Positions 20,333 through 29,397 of a stretch of DNA of 64,000 nucleotides are shown in pieces. This DNA is from Chthoniobacterales bacterium (GTDB lineage: Bacteria; Verrucomicrobiota; Verrucomicrobiia; Chthoniobacterales; JACTMZ01). The DNA lies in assembly GCA_044359955.1 (NCBI GenBank), contig JBIKLF010000005.1, forward strand, positions 54,843 to 118,842, in the 5' to 3' direction. A program made the position numbers and the translations under genes. Every line of letters begins with the position of its first letter. Position 1 is the stretch's first letter. The notes beneath the pieces were generated by a model that was not told the DNA's origin, made no database searches, and saw only the letters and a list, made by a program, of their open reading frames with translations.

Positions 20333-20950
20333 ATGGCCGAACACCGATCAACCCGCGACGATTTCCTCGACCTCGACGAGGACAAAACAACCACCGCCTC
20401 TTCGGTCGAACAACTCGACGACCAGGTGGCCCAAGCACAGGACCGCCTGCAGGCCCTCAAACGACAGGCCGAACAACTCGAGCGCGAAAAAGCAAAACTC
20501 GAAGAACTGAGCCGCCGTCAGGATCAGTTCGACCGGGGGCGCTCCGAGATGGTCGACAAATTCACGTCATCCCTCGTGCACGTCCAACGGGAGACGGACC
20601 AGACGCTGAAGCGTCTCGAAATCTTGAAAAATGTGCAGGAAAGTTTCACCACCTACCTGCACGAGCTGGAAGCGATCAATCCGAAGGACTGGGCATCGGC
20701 CGAATTGAACAAGGAACTCTCCCAAGCGCTCGGCGCGGTGGAGGATGCGCGTTCGGTTTATACCAAGGCCCAGGCGCAGGTCGGGGCGGACGAAGACATC
20801 TCCGCCGCCAGCCCCTTTGAAGGCGGCGAAGGCGGTGGGCACAGCTTCGGTTATTGGCTGATGGCCGGCTTCGCCTTCACTTTGCCGCTGTTTGCTCTCG
20901 GCTTGCTCGGCTTGCTCCTGTGGTTCATCCAACTCGGCTCGGCGAACTGA
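20333..20950 (+). CDS. hypothetical tail-anchored coiled-coil membrane protein
   Basis: 205 aa. Heptad-rich N-terminal half (LQALKRQAEQLEREKAKLEEL) and a single C-terminal TM (YWLMAGFAFTLPLFALGLLGLLLWFI). No family recognised. Confidence 0.6.
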   Translation: MAEHRSTRDDFLDLDEDKTTTASSVEQLDDQVAQAQDRLQALKRQAEQLEREKAKLEELSRRQDQFDRGRSEMVDKFTSSLVHVQRETDQTLKRLEILKNVQESFTTYLHELEAINPKDWASAELNKELSQALGAVEDARSVYTKAQAQVGADEDISAASPFEGGEGGGHSFGYWLMAGFAFTLPLFALGLLGLLLWFIQLGSAN

Positions 20951-20957
20951 CGCACCC

Positions 20958-21311
20958 ATGGCGCGCCGTCCCTCGAACCCGCTATCCGAGCAAGCCCAAC
21001 TCTTGCAGGAGCAATACGAGCAAACCCTGCGCGAACTGGCTGATGCCGAGAAAGCCCTGCGCCGGAAGCCGAAGGCAGCGGCCCCGGCCAAGCCCGCACC
21101 AGAACGCAAGGTGCGCCTCAACAACATGCCCGCCGCAATCAGCCTGCCCCGTCCGCAGGAGCACACTTTCCGGGGCGGCGCATCGCGGGCCCCGCGGCGC
21201 AACACCCGCCGCCGTAAGACCGATGCACGTCTGGCCCAGATCAAATTCCTCCTCCTCTGCCTGCTCCTCGCCGGTTTGGTTATCTTCGTCTGGAAGCATT
21301 TGCCGGGCTGA
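20958..21311 (+). CDS. hypothetical small tail-anchored membrane protein
   Basis: 117 aa from ATG 20958. Short coiled-coil (LLQEQYEQTLRELADAEKAL), a basic Pro/Arg-rich linker, and a C-terminal TM (IKFLLLCLLLAGLVIFVW). Starts 8 nt after the previous gene. Confidence 0.5.
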   Translation: MARRPSNPLSEQAQLLQEQYEQTLRELADAEKALRRKPKAAAPAKPAPERKVRLNNMPAAISLPRPQEHTFRGGASRAPRRNTRRRKTDARLAQIKFLLLCLLLAGLVIFVWKHLPG

Positions 21312-21327
21312 CCGGAATTTTCCCCCG

Positions 21328-21360
21328 GTAGGGCCCGCTGGACCGGCGGACCGCCCGACC
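21328..21360 (+). repeat. degenerate GTAG-headed REP-like element
   Basis: gtagggcccgctggaccggcgg shares its first 14 nt with the 15399 element. Lies between convergent genes. Confidence 0.35.
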
Positions 21361-21409
21361 AAGCCAGCCGCCTCAACCCGCGCGAGCAAACTGCCTGCCG
21401 GGTTTGGCA

Positions 21410-23902
21410 TCACTCTTCCTTCGCGACAAACAAAGCCGATTTCATCGGCTCCAGTTTGAAGGCAGCGCGACCATCTTTCACTTCGATCACCTGCCCCGAG
21501 AGCGCGTCTTCGTAAGAGCCGTCCGGCATTTCCGGCCCGGGCTCAAGAACGAATTCCGTGAGGTTCTCCCCCCGGTTCCACACCGCCAGCACCGTGTCTC
21601 CAAGGTGCGCGCGCACAAAGGCATAGCGGTCGCCCTCGGCGACCAGCGCCCGGCGGCTTCCGTAGCGCAGGGCCGGATGCTGATGACGCACCGCCGCCGC
21701 TTTGCTGAAGTGCTCGCGCACGGAATTCTCCTCAGCGGACAACTTGCCGTCCCACGGCATCATCCGGCGGTTATCCGGATCGCCCGCGCCACTCATGCCG
21801 ATCTCGTCGCCGTAGTAGATCATCGGCACGCCGTCGACCGATAAGACAAACGTCAGGCCGAGTTGGAGTTTCTCGTACGCCACCGGGTTGTCGACCTGTG
21901 GCGGGAACTTCCAACCGACCTCTTCTTCGTCGGGTTCCTCGGGGTGCGGCAGGTCGCCATCGGCGTAGGCCATGAAGCGGGCCTTGTCGTGGTTGCCGAG
22001 CAGCGGAGACATCAGCGTCTCCTTGCCGTAGATGCTCTCGGAAGCGGACAGCGAGCGCTCCAGCTCGTCCATTCCCGACTTCTGCTGGGCGAAGACGTCG
22101 ATGATCGTGTCATAGAGCGGGAAATCAAACTGCCCGTCCAGCATGTTGGGTCCGACAAAGCTCATGATCCCCTCGCGATCCATGAGGGTATCGCCGACAT
22201 TGTAGAGCGGTATTTTCCGGCCGGGATCGACCGCGGTGCGCAGGGCGGTTCGGTAGCGCCACCAGAACGAGCGGTTGATATGCTTCGCGGCGTCGAGACG
22301 GTAGCCGTCGAGTTGGAAACGGGTGGCGAAGTCGACGGCATTGCCCATCAGGAATTTCACCACCTCCTGATTGTCAAAATCGAAGCCGGGCAACCACTCC
22401 TCGAACCATGTGGTGAATTGCTGATCGTCCCCACGGCGCAAGTTTTTCGACCCGTCCGGCAATTCCAGCGAGCCGAACAGCTCGGGCCGTTCTTTCCAGA
22501 GCGGATGGTCGGTGTGGACGTGCTTGAGCACGAGGTCGGCCATGATGAACATTTCATTGTCGTGCGCCGCGGAAATCATTTCGGTCAGGGCGCTGGCCCC
22601 GCCGAAACGCGGCTCGACCTCGGTGTGCGAGACCGGCCAGTAGCCGTGGTAGCCCGTGTAGAAACGGTAGGGTTCGAGGTTTTCCTGCCAGGCGCCGTCG
22701 GGGTTGCGGTTGAGCGGGGCGAGCCAGAGAATATTGACCCCGAGCTTGTCGAAGTAACCTTCGTCGATCTTTTTGCGGATACCTTGGAAATCGCCGCCTT
22801 GGTAGTTGGCCTGCGGCAGGACCCGCTCGTCGTCGACCGGACGGTCGTTGCTCTCGTCGCCGTTGGCGAAGCGATCGGTGAAGGCATAGTAGATGATGCC
22901 GTCCTGCCACTGGAACGTTTCAGACACCTTGACCGGGGCCCGCGCGGCATTGCTGACGTTGCCCTTGGCGTCAGCCACCACCACGCGCACCCACGTTCCC
23001 TCCGGCCAATCACCGGTGGATACCTGCACGGTGTCTCCCGACAAATCGTACTTCGCAATCCGGCTGGTTCCATCGGGCATCTGCGCCACGGCGGAAACTT
23101 GGGTGAGGTCCGAGCCACCGGTCACGATGCGGAAAACTGCTTTGCCCTCGCCGGTTTCGGCGGCGTAGACCACCGGCGGACGCCCCCGGTCGACCACGCC
23201 GACCCGTGCCACCGAATTCTCGTGGCCCGTGCCATCACCGAGCTTTTCCGGATTGGCCGGATCGAGCATCCACTGGCCATCGATGACCAGCCTGTAAGGA
23301 TGCGCCCCGGGAGGCAGGCGCACGAAAAGTTCGTAAATTCCCTCGTCCGTCGGCGGCAACGGGTGCGACTCGGAATTCCAGCCGTTGAACTGCCCGGCCA
23401 CGTGGACTGTTTTGACGTCCGGCCGGTTCGGACGATAAGTGAAGGTGTAGCCGTCGGCCGGTTGCACCCCGATCAAGAGCACGCCCTGGAGAAGAGGTTG
23501 GCCCGCGCCCCCATCGGCCTCGACCGATCTCGAAGTGTCCTTCCGGCCGATATCACCGACTACGGTGCGGCCACGCGCGAAAATCTGGAGAGGAATTTCC
23601 ACCAACCCGGACGCGTCTTGGCCGATCTGCACCCCCAGCGTGAAGGAGGCCTTGTCGAAAAGCGCCGTAAAGCGGGCCGAGTCGGGCTCGGGCAAGACCA
23701 ATTCTTCGTCCAACCCCGGTCGGGCAAAATAAAACCGATGCATGTCGAGCACGAGCTGCCCGCCCGCCGTAACCGGCTGCATCGGCATCCAGCCGAGAAA
23801 ACTGCGCAACTGCCCCGGTGCGTTTTCCTGCGCGGAGGCCACGGACGCGACGGCCATGACGATCATGGCGGGGAGAAGCCGGAGGGCAGATTTCGTTCTC
23901 AT
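21410..23902 (-). CDS. secreted GH13 alpha-amylase-family glycoside hydrolase with an N-terminal E-set/CBM48-like domain
   Basis: Signal peptide MRTKSALRLLPAMIVMAVASVASAQE. GH13 regions: GYHGYWP, GYRLDAAKHI (region II), LLGNHDKARF (region IV). An AMPK-beta/CBM48-like segment (VHVAGQFNGWN...YRLVIDGQW). Confidence 0.85.
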   Translation of the reverse strand: MRTKSALRLLPAMIVMAVASVASAQENAPGQLRSFLGWMPMQPVTAGGQLVLDMHRFYFARPGLDEELVLPEPDSARFTALFDKASFTLGVQIGQDASGLVEIPLQIFARGRTVVGDIGRKDTSRSVEADGGAGQPLLQGVLLIGVQPADGYTFTYRPNRPDVKTVHVAGQFNGWNSESHPLPPTDEGIYELFVRLPPGAHPYRLVIDGQWMLDPANPEKLGDGTGHENSVARVGVVDRGRPPVVYAAETGEGKAVFRIVTGGSDLTQVSAVAQMPDGTSRIAKYDLSGDTVQVSTGDWPEGTWVRVVVADAKGNVSNAARAPVKVSETFQWQDGIIYYAFTDRFANGDESNDRPVDDERVLPQANYQGGDFQGIRKKIDEGYFDKLGVNILWLAPLNRNPDGAWQENLEPYRFYTGYHGYWPVSHTEVEPRFGGASALTEMISAAHDNEMFIMADLVLKHVHTDHPLWKERPELFGSLELPDGSKNLRRGDDQQFTTWFEEWLPGFDFDNQEVVKFLMGNAVDFATRFQLDGYRLDAAKHINRSFWWRYRTALRTAVDPGRKIPLYNVGDTLMDREGIMSFVGPNMLDGQFDFPLYDTIIDVFAQQKSGMDELERSLSASESIYGKETLMSPLLGNHDKARFMAYADGDLPHPEEPDEEEVGWKFPPQVDNPVAYEKLQLGLTFVLSVDGVPMIYYGDEIGMSGAGDPDNRRMMPWDGKLSAEENSVREHFSKAAAVRHQHPALRYGSRRALVAEGDRYAFVRAHLGDTVLAVWNRGENLTEFVLEPGPEMPDGSYEDALSGQVIEVKDGRAAFKLEPMKSALFVAKEE

Positions 23903-23942
23903 AGGAAGAGTCGAAGGATTCGGTTCGCGCTCAGGGGGCGGA

Positions 23943-26468
23943 CTACTTGATTCCGGCTTGCAATGCGTAATATGCCGCCGCCATGGGTTGAAGCTCTTTG
24001 ATCAGCAAACCGGGTTGCTCCATCTGGGCCGGCGTGGACGTGACTTCGGCAACCTCACCCGGGACATCCCCGAGGCAATCCCGAGCCACCACGGGCACGG
24101 TTGTCGAACCCGCCATCGTGTCCCAGCCGAGAAAACGCATGGCGCGGCGCGGAAAAATGATGCGTACATCACGCAGGGTGTCGCGCGGATGCAGGTTGAC
24201 CACCACCAACATGCGCTGGCCGCTGGCCTGGTCGTAGCGGAGGTAACTGTAGAGCCAGTGCCCGCTCACGCCACCTTCGGGGCGGCCGTAGGCGGGGTTG
24301 GTGAGGTTGTCCGGATTCAACGGATAAAAATCGCCGTCACGGAAGGCCGGTTGGTCGACCGCGGAAAGAAGCCGCCGGTAAAAGTCGCGCAGGGATTTCT
24401 GCTCGGGGGACAGGCGTCCGCCATCGAACTTCCCGCCATGGACCCATTTCACGAATTCCGGCATCGACCAATAATCGTAAATGCTGGTGCGCGCGTCATC
24501 CCGGCCGAAACCCTCGGCCCCCGCACCCGGTTCGCCGACCTCCTGGCCGTGGTAGAGCATGACCGGACCGCGCGAGAGACCGAAAAGCAGGGCGGAAACC
24601 GGACGCCCCACATTCATGCCGGACCCGCCCCATTGCGAGGCCGCCGCCAGACGCACCTCGTCGTGGTTTTCGGCGTAGCGAAGCGCGTTATCGAAGAAGA
24701 ACTCACCCGGCCGGCCGGCATCAAGGTTGTTGGCCGTGCCCTCGCCGTCGTAGATGTTTTTCAACGCATCATAGGTGACACCGTCGTAAACCGCATCGAA
24801 CCCCGCCGCGAGCAACTCGGGCATGACCGCACCTTCCGTGACCGCGATAACCTGGGGGTCGCCCCCGGGCACGCGGGCCGGATCCGTATCGCAAGCCTCG
24901 GCCATCCAATAGACCTCCGGCTGCCGCACGTGCGAGCGTCCGATGAGCCAGCGCCAAAACTCAGGCGGCACCATGTGCGCCATATCCGCGCGAAAACCAT
25001 CGACCCCCAACTCCTGCCAGTAGGCGATGATCTCGTCCATTTTCTTCCAAGTGTCCGGCACCGCCAGATCCGGCTTCGCTCCATGCGGATACCGTCGCGT
25101 GGACTTTTCCGGATCGGTGAAGTCGTAGCCGTAATTGAGTTTGACCGTTTCATACCAGGTGCTCTGCGAGGGGCTCCAAGTGACCGCGTTGTTGCCGGTG
25201 ACGCGGCCGAACTCTTTTTCCCCGTCGAACAGACCGTCACCCCCGCCGACGGCCTGCACGGTCGGACTGGTGGCACGGCCATCGCCGTCCACCGTCGGCA
25301 GACGCAGCGGCGGCCCCTCTCCTGCCACACCCGCTCCGTCCACGAGGTAGTAGAAATTGTTTTTCGGATCGAAAAACTTCGAGCGGTCGTCCTTGGTGCC
25401 GAAGGATAATTCGGGCCGGACCGTCGAGGCATAGCTGCGGGCCACATGATTGGGAACGAAGTCGATGAGAATTTTGAACCCTTTGGCCTGGGCCCGCGCG
25501 ATGAGCGCCTTGAACTCCTCGAGCCGCCGCTCCGGATCGTCAGCGTAATCGGGCGAAACATCGAAGTAGTCGCGGATGGCATACAGGCTGCCAGCCACGC
25601 CCTTGAGCAAATCGGGATCGTCGGCCGGTTCGCCGATGCTTCCATAGTCCGTCGCGGTGGCTTGCTGGAAGACGCCGGTCACCCAAAGGTGGGTGAAACC
25701 CATGGTCTTGAGTTCCGCCAGCGCCGTCTCGTCGAGGTCGCTGAACTTGCCGGTGCCGTTCTCCTCCATCGTGCCATTCGGCTTGCGCGTCTCGTTTGTG
25801 TTGCCAAAGAGTCGCGGCAAAAGTTGGTAAATGCGCACCTTGGGATCGCCCGGTGCCGTGCGCCCGGTGCGACGGAAACTCGTACCCGCTTTGCCCGTCT
25901 CGGCCACCAGGTAGTGACGAATCGTCTGCACCCCGGTCCCCGATGGCGCCGTCGCATCGATCGCCCCGTAGAGCCGCCCCCAGCCTTCCTCCACCGCGAG
26001 GTCTTTGAGGTAAATCGCGATGTCCATGACCGGCCCTCGCCCGGTCAATTTTCCGGGCACCCGGAGCAGCACCTGCGCGGGTTCGGATGACACGGTGAAG
26101 GCGTCGCCAGCCGCCTCGAGCGGACCCCATTGCGTCTCCTGCCAACGCTGCACATAGTTTTCTTGGCGATCAACACTTCGGTTGGCGACCAAAAGCAAGT
26201 CCGCGGAAAAGGGCAGCCAAACCGCTGATCCGGTTTTCTCCTTGGCCCCGGGCAACAGCGGGGACCCCGCCCCGGGCTTCGTTCCCAACGCGACAAAAAT
26301 CGCCTGGTCGGGACGATCCACACCCGCCCCGAGCACCAGGATGTCCCAACCGCTCGCCGTCTTGGTGATGCGGTAACGCACCTCGTCCGCGCCGGCCGCA
26401 TCGTAGCGACCACCCTCGGCCAAAGCCGGACCGGAAAGGAAAATCAGGGCACATAAAACGCGAAGCAT
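23943..26468 (-). CDS. secreted GH13 alpha-amylase-family protein
   Basis: Signal peptide MLRVLCALIFLSGPALAEG. All four GH13 regions are readable: DFVPNHVA, GVDGFRADMAHMVP, YWMAEA, YAENHDE. Confidence 0.85.
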   Translation of the reverse strand: MLRVLCALIFLSGPALAEGGRYDAAGADEVRYRITKTASGWDILVLGAGVDRPDQAIFVALGTKPGAGSPLLPGAKEKTGSAVWLPFSADLLLVANRSVDRQENYVQRWQETQWGPLEAAGDAFTVSSEPAQVLLRVPGKLTGRGPVMDIAIYLKDLAVEEGWGRLYGAIDATAPSGTGVQTIRHYLVAETGKAGTSFRRTGRTAPGDPKVRIYQLLPRLFGNTNETRKPNGTMEENGTGKFSDLDETALAELKTMGFTHLWVTGVFQQATATDYGSIGEPADDPDLLKGVAGSLYAIRDYFDVSPDYADDPERRLEEFKALIARAQAKGFKILIDFVPNHVARSYASTVRPELSFGTKDDRSKFFDPKNNFYYLVDGAGVAGEGPPLRLPTVDGDGRATSPTVQAVGGGDGLFDGEKEFGRVTGNNAVTWSPSQSTWYETVKLNYGYDFTDPEKSTRRYPHGAKPDLAVPDTWKKMDEIIAYWQELGVDGFRADMAHMVPPEFWRWLIGRSHVRQPEVYWMAEACDTDPARVPGGDPQVIAVTEGAVMPELLAAGFDAVYDGVTYDALKNIYDGEGTANNLDAGRPGEFFFDNALRYAENHDEVRLAAASQWGGSGMNVGRPVSALLFGLSRGPVMLYHGQEVGEPGAGAEGFGRDDARTSIYDYWSMPEFVKWVHGGKFDGGRLSPEQKSLRDFYRRLLSAVDQPAFRDGDFYPLNPDNLTNPAYGRPEGGVSGHWLYSYLRYDQASGQRMLVVVNLHPRDTLRDVRIIFPRRAMRFLGWDTMAGSTTVPVVARDCLGDVPGEVAEVTSTPAQMEQPGLLIKELQPMAAAYYALQAGIK

Positions 26469-26501
26469 AAAAGCAACACATCTGAAACGTGTGTCCCAGC
26501 C

Positions 26502-27440
26502 GTGTCAAGGAACCGCCCCCGCCGTGAGCATCTGTCCTTGCACCACGCGGCATCATGTCCTCTCCTCGAGGGCGTGTCACCCACCGTGAGAGCCGAACGT
26601 CCTGCCACCACCCGGGAGGCACCCGGCCAGACCCACCGAGCCTCGGTGCTCCGTCAACTGGCCTCCTACATCTTTCTCACCCTCACCGTTCTGCTGGCTG
26701 CGGTCCCGCTCTGGGAAATCTCGGTGCGCGCCCTCTATCCCTCCGGCCCGGCCAGTGCCGCCGGCCTCGGCCACTTTTCCCGCTTGCTGGCCTCCACGGA
26801 TTTCCTCCGCTGGCTGGGCAACTCACTTTTCGTCGCCCTGGCCGTCACGGTCGTCGGCGTCATTCTGGCCGCCACCGCCGGCTACGCCCTGTCGCGCTTC
26901 CATTTCCTCGGACGTCTTGCCGTGCTCAACAGCCTCCTCGTCACCCAGATCTTTCCCGCCACCCTGCTCCTGCTGCCGATCTTCCTTATTCTCGTGCAGC
27001 TCAAACTGATCAACACCTTCCTCGGACTCATCCTTGTTTACCTCGTGACCGTTCTGCCTTTTTGCGTCTGGCAGATGAAGAATTTTTATGACACTATTCC
27101 GGAAACAATCGAAGAGGCGGCGGCCATGGATGGCTGCACGCCAGCGCAGACTTTCCGGCGGGTCGTGCTGCCCATTTCGGCCCAGGGCCTGGCCGTGACC
27201 GCCTTGTTTTCCTTCGCCGCCGCGTGGAACGAATACGTCGTGGCGGCGATTCTCATGCAGGATTCCTCGAGGTTTACCCTGCCGGTCGGGCTGCGCCTGT
27301 TGCACAACGAGAGCATGGCCGGCGAAGCGGGCCTCTTCGCCGCAGGCGCGCTCCTCGTCACCCTGCCGGTTCTAGTCCTTTACCTCCTGCTCAGCCGCTT
27401 TCTTGTCGCGCGCGTCCAGGACATCTCACTGCGCAATTAA
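26502..27440 (+). CDS. carbohydrate ABC transporter permease (MalG-like)
   Basis: Six-TM pattern and EAA loop IEEAAAMDGCTPAQTFRRVVLP. GTG 26502 is the longest start, but GTG 26646 would give a typical ~265-aa permease. Confidence 0.8.
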   Translation: MSRNRPRREHLSLHHAASCPLLEGVSPTVRAERPATTREAPGQTHRASVLRQLASYIFLTLTVLLAAVPLWEISVRALYPSGPASAAGLGHFSRLLASTDFLRWLGNSLFVALAVTVVGVILAATAGYALSRFHFLGRLAVLNSLLVTQIFPATLLLLPIFLILVQLKLINTFLGLILVYLVTVLPFCVWQMKNFYDTIPETIEEAAAMDGCTPAQTFRRVVLPISAQGLAVTALFSFAAAWNEYVVAAILMQDSSRFTLPVGLRLLHNESMAGEAGLFAAGALLVTLPVLVLYLLLSRFLVARVQDISLRN

Positions 27441-27457
27441 GCCGCGCTGCGCGCACG

Positions 27458-27820
27458 TCAATCGCCGCGGTAAATGCACCGCGAGGTCGGCGTCTCGTGG
27501 ATGGCGATTTCGCTAAGATACGGCAATTGCGGTTTGAGTTCCCGCCACAGCCAACCCGCCAATTGTTCGAAAGTCGGATTTTCCAGACCCGGGATCTCAT
27601 TGAGATAACGGTGGTCGAGTCGCGCGATGAGCGGCTTGACCACTTTGCTGATTTCCGCGTGGTCCATCAACCAGCCCGACTCCGCGCCGACGGGGCCCGC
27701 TGCCGAGACTTCCACTTGGTAGCTGTGGCCGTGCATCCGGGCGCATTGATGGTCGGGCGGCACGTTGGGCAGGGTGTGCGCGGCCTCGAAGTGGAAAATT
27801 TTGGTCAGCGTGATGTTCAT
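27458..27820 (-). CDS. queD: 6-carboxy-5,6,7,8-tetrahydropterin synthase
   Basis: 120 aa from ATG 27820: MNITLTKIFHFEAAHTLP...CARMHGHSYQVEV, the QueD/PTPS signature. Confidence 0.9.
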   Translation of the reverse strand: MNITLTKIFHFEAAHTLPNVPPDHQCARMHGHSYQVEVSAAGPVGAESGWLMDHAEISKVVKPLIARLDHRYLNEIPGLENPTFEQLAGWLWRELKPQLPYLSEIAIHETPTSRCIYRGD

Positions 27821-27860
27821 CGCTCTTCTTCTACCCCGCCGCCCGCCCCGCGGCAAACGG

Positions 27861-28505
27861 TCAAACGCCCCGCGCCTTGGGCTCCCAGATGAACTTGTGC
27901 ATCTGCAACTGGAAGCGCGCCGGCAATTGATCCTCCAGCATCCAGGCAACGATGTCGCTGGGGGCAATTTTTCCGAAGACCGGACTGAAAAGGACCGCCC
28001 GCACTTTGCCGGCCAAGCCGTGCTCCCGCATCATGCCCCGCGCCCACTCGTAATCCTCCCGTGACCCGAGCACGAACTTCACTTCGTCGCGGTCCGTGAG
28101 TTGCGCGATATTCGCGTAAAGATTGCGCGCGCATTCCCCGCTCGACGGCGTTTTCAGGTCCATGATGCGGTGGACCCGCGGGTCGACCGCCGAAATATCG
28201 TGCGCTCCCGAAGTCTCCAGCAACACGGTGAAACCCGCCGCGCAGAGCATGGCCAACAGCGGCACACAGGCCGGCTGCAGGAGCGGTTCACCCCCGGTCA
28301 CCTCGACCAGCGGACACCCGAAGAGCCGCACGGCCGCCACAATCTCGTCGAGCGGCATCTTTTTTCCCTCATAGAAGGCATACTCGGTATCACAGTAGGT
28401 GCAGCGCAGGTCGCAAAAGGTCAGGCGGACAAAAACGCAAGGCAGCCCGGCCCAGGTACTCTCGCCCTGCACCGACTGGTAGATTTCGTTGACCGTGAGC
28501 TTCAT
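27861..28505 (-). CDS. queE: 7-carboxy-7-deazaguanine synthase
   Basis: From ATG 28505: MKLTVNEIYQSVQGESTWAGLPCVFVRLTFCDLRCTYCDT, the QueE radical SAM signature (Cx14CxxC type). Confidence 0.9.
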   Translation of the reverse strand: MKLTVNEIYQSVQGESTWAGLPCVFVRLTFCDLRCTYCDTEYAFYEGKKMPLDEIVAAVRLFGCPLVEVTGGEPLLQPACVPLLAMLCAAGFTVLLETSGAHDISAVDPRVHRIMDLKTPSSGECARNLYANIAQLTDRDEVKFVLGSREDYEWARGMMREHGLAGKVRAVLFSPVFGKIAPSDIVAWMLEDQLPARFQLQMHKFIWEPKARGV

Positions 28506-28596
28506 TGCCGCGGACAGCTTAGCCGCGACGAGCCGCGCGGCCAACCGGACAATTCACTTTTGCCCCGCGGCGCGAATCAGCGTAAGTTCACCGCTC

Positions 28597-29397
28597 ATGA
28601 AGCACCCGGAGGACACCGCAGCCACCCTGCTCGACACCCAAAGCGAGTCCGACCACCGCCGCATCGTCATCGACCGCGTCGGGGTCAAGAACCTCCGCTT
28701 CCCCATCCAGGTTGCCGTCGGCCCCGGCGCCCCGCAAAGCACCATCGCCACCGTGCAGCTCACCGTCGAGCTGCCCCAGGAGTTCAAAGGCACCCACATG
28801 AGCCGCTTTCTCGAGGTCCTCCAGGCCCACGGTCCCGTCTTGCACCCCGAGGACATCGAAAATCTCTTGCGCTCGCTCATCGACCGGCTGCACAGCAAGC
28901 GGGCCCATCTCGAGTTCGAGTTCCCTTTTTTCCTCGAGAAAAAGGCGCCCGTCACCGGCGCACCCGGTCTGGTTGACTACACCGCGCGCTTCACCGCGAC
29001 GGCCGGCCACGAGAGCCACGACCTCGTCACCACCGTGGTGGCCAATGTCACCACCTTGTGTCCCTGCTCCAAAGCGATCAGCACCAGCGGTGCGCACAAT
29101 CAACGCGGGCAAGTCACCCTTTGTTTGCGCTCCCAACGTCCGTTGCCGCTGCCCGAAATGGTCTCCCTCATCGAACGCTCGGCCAGCAGCGAACTCTACA
29201 GCGTGCTGAAACGCCCGGACGAAAAGGCGGTGACCGAACGCGCCTACGCCAATCCGGTTTTTGTCGAGGACCTCGTGCGCAACATCGCCTCCCAAGTCAT
29301 CGCCGACCCCCGCATCACGTGGTGGCGGGTCGAAGCGGAAAACTTCGAGAGCATCCACAACCACAACGCCTACGCCATGGTTGAGAAACACGCATGA
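28597..29397 (+). CDS. folE2: GTP cyclohydrolase I type 2 (FolE2)
   Basis: From ATG 28597: RRIVIDRVGVKNLRFPI, GTHMSRF, TLCPCSKAIS and AENFESIHNHNAYA, typical of FolE2/MptA. Divergent from queE-queD. Confidence 0.85.
   Translation: MKHPEDTAATLLDTQSESDHRRIVIDRVGVKNLRFPIQVAVGPGAPQSTIATVQLTVELPQEFKGTHMSRFLEVLQAHGPVLHPEDIENLLRSLIDRLHSKRAHLEFEFPFFLEKKAPVTGAPGLVDYTARFTATAGHESHDLVTTVVANVTTLCPCSKAISTSGAHNQRGQVTLCLRSQRPLPLPEMVSLIERSASSELYSVLKRPDEKAVTERAYANPVFVEDLVRNIASQVIADPRITWWRVEAENFESIHNHNAYAMVEKHA

Noticed and set aside
28506-28596. A preQ1 or other riboswitch in the divergent queE/folE2 intergenic region.
   Set aside because: I could not recognise the preQ1-I/II conserved core or any other riboswitch consensus. 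The region is only ~90 nt and must also hold two promoters. An Infernal scan is needed to be sure.
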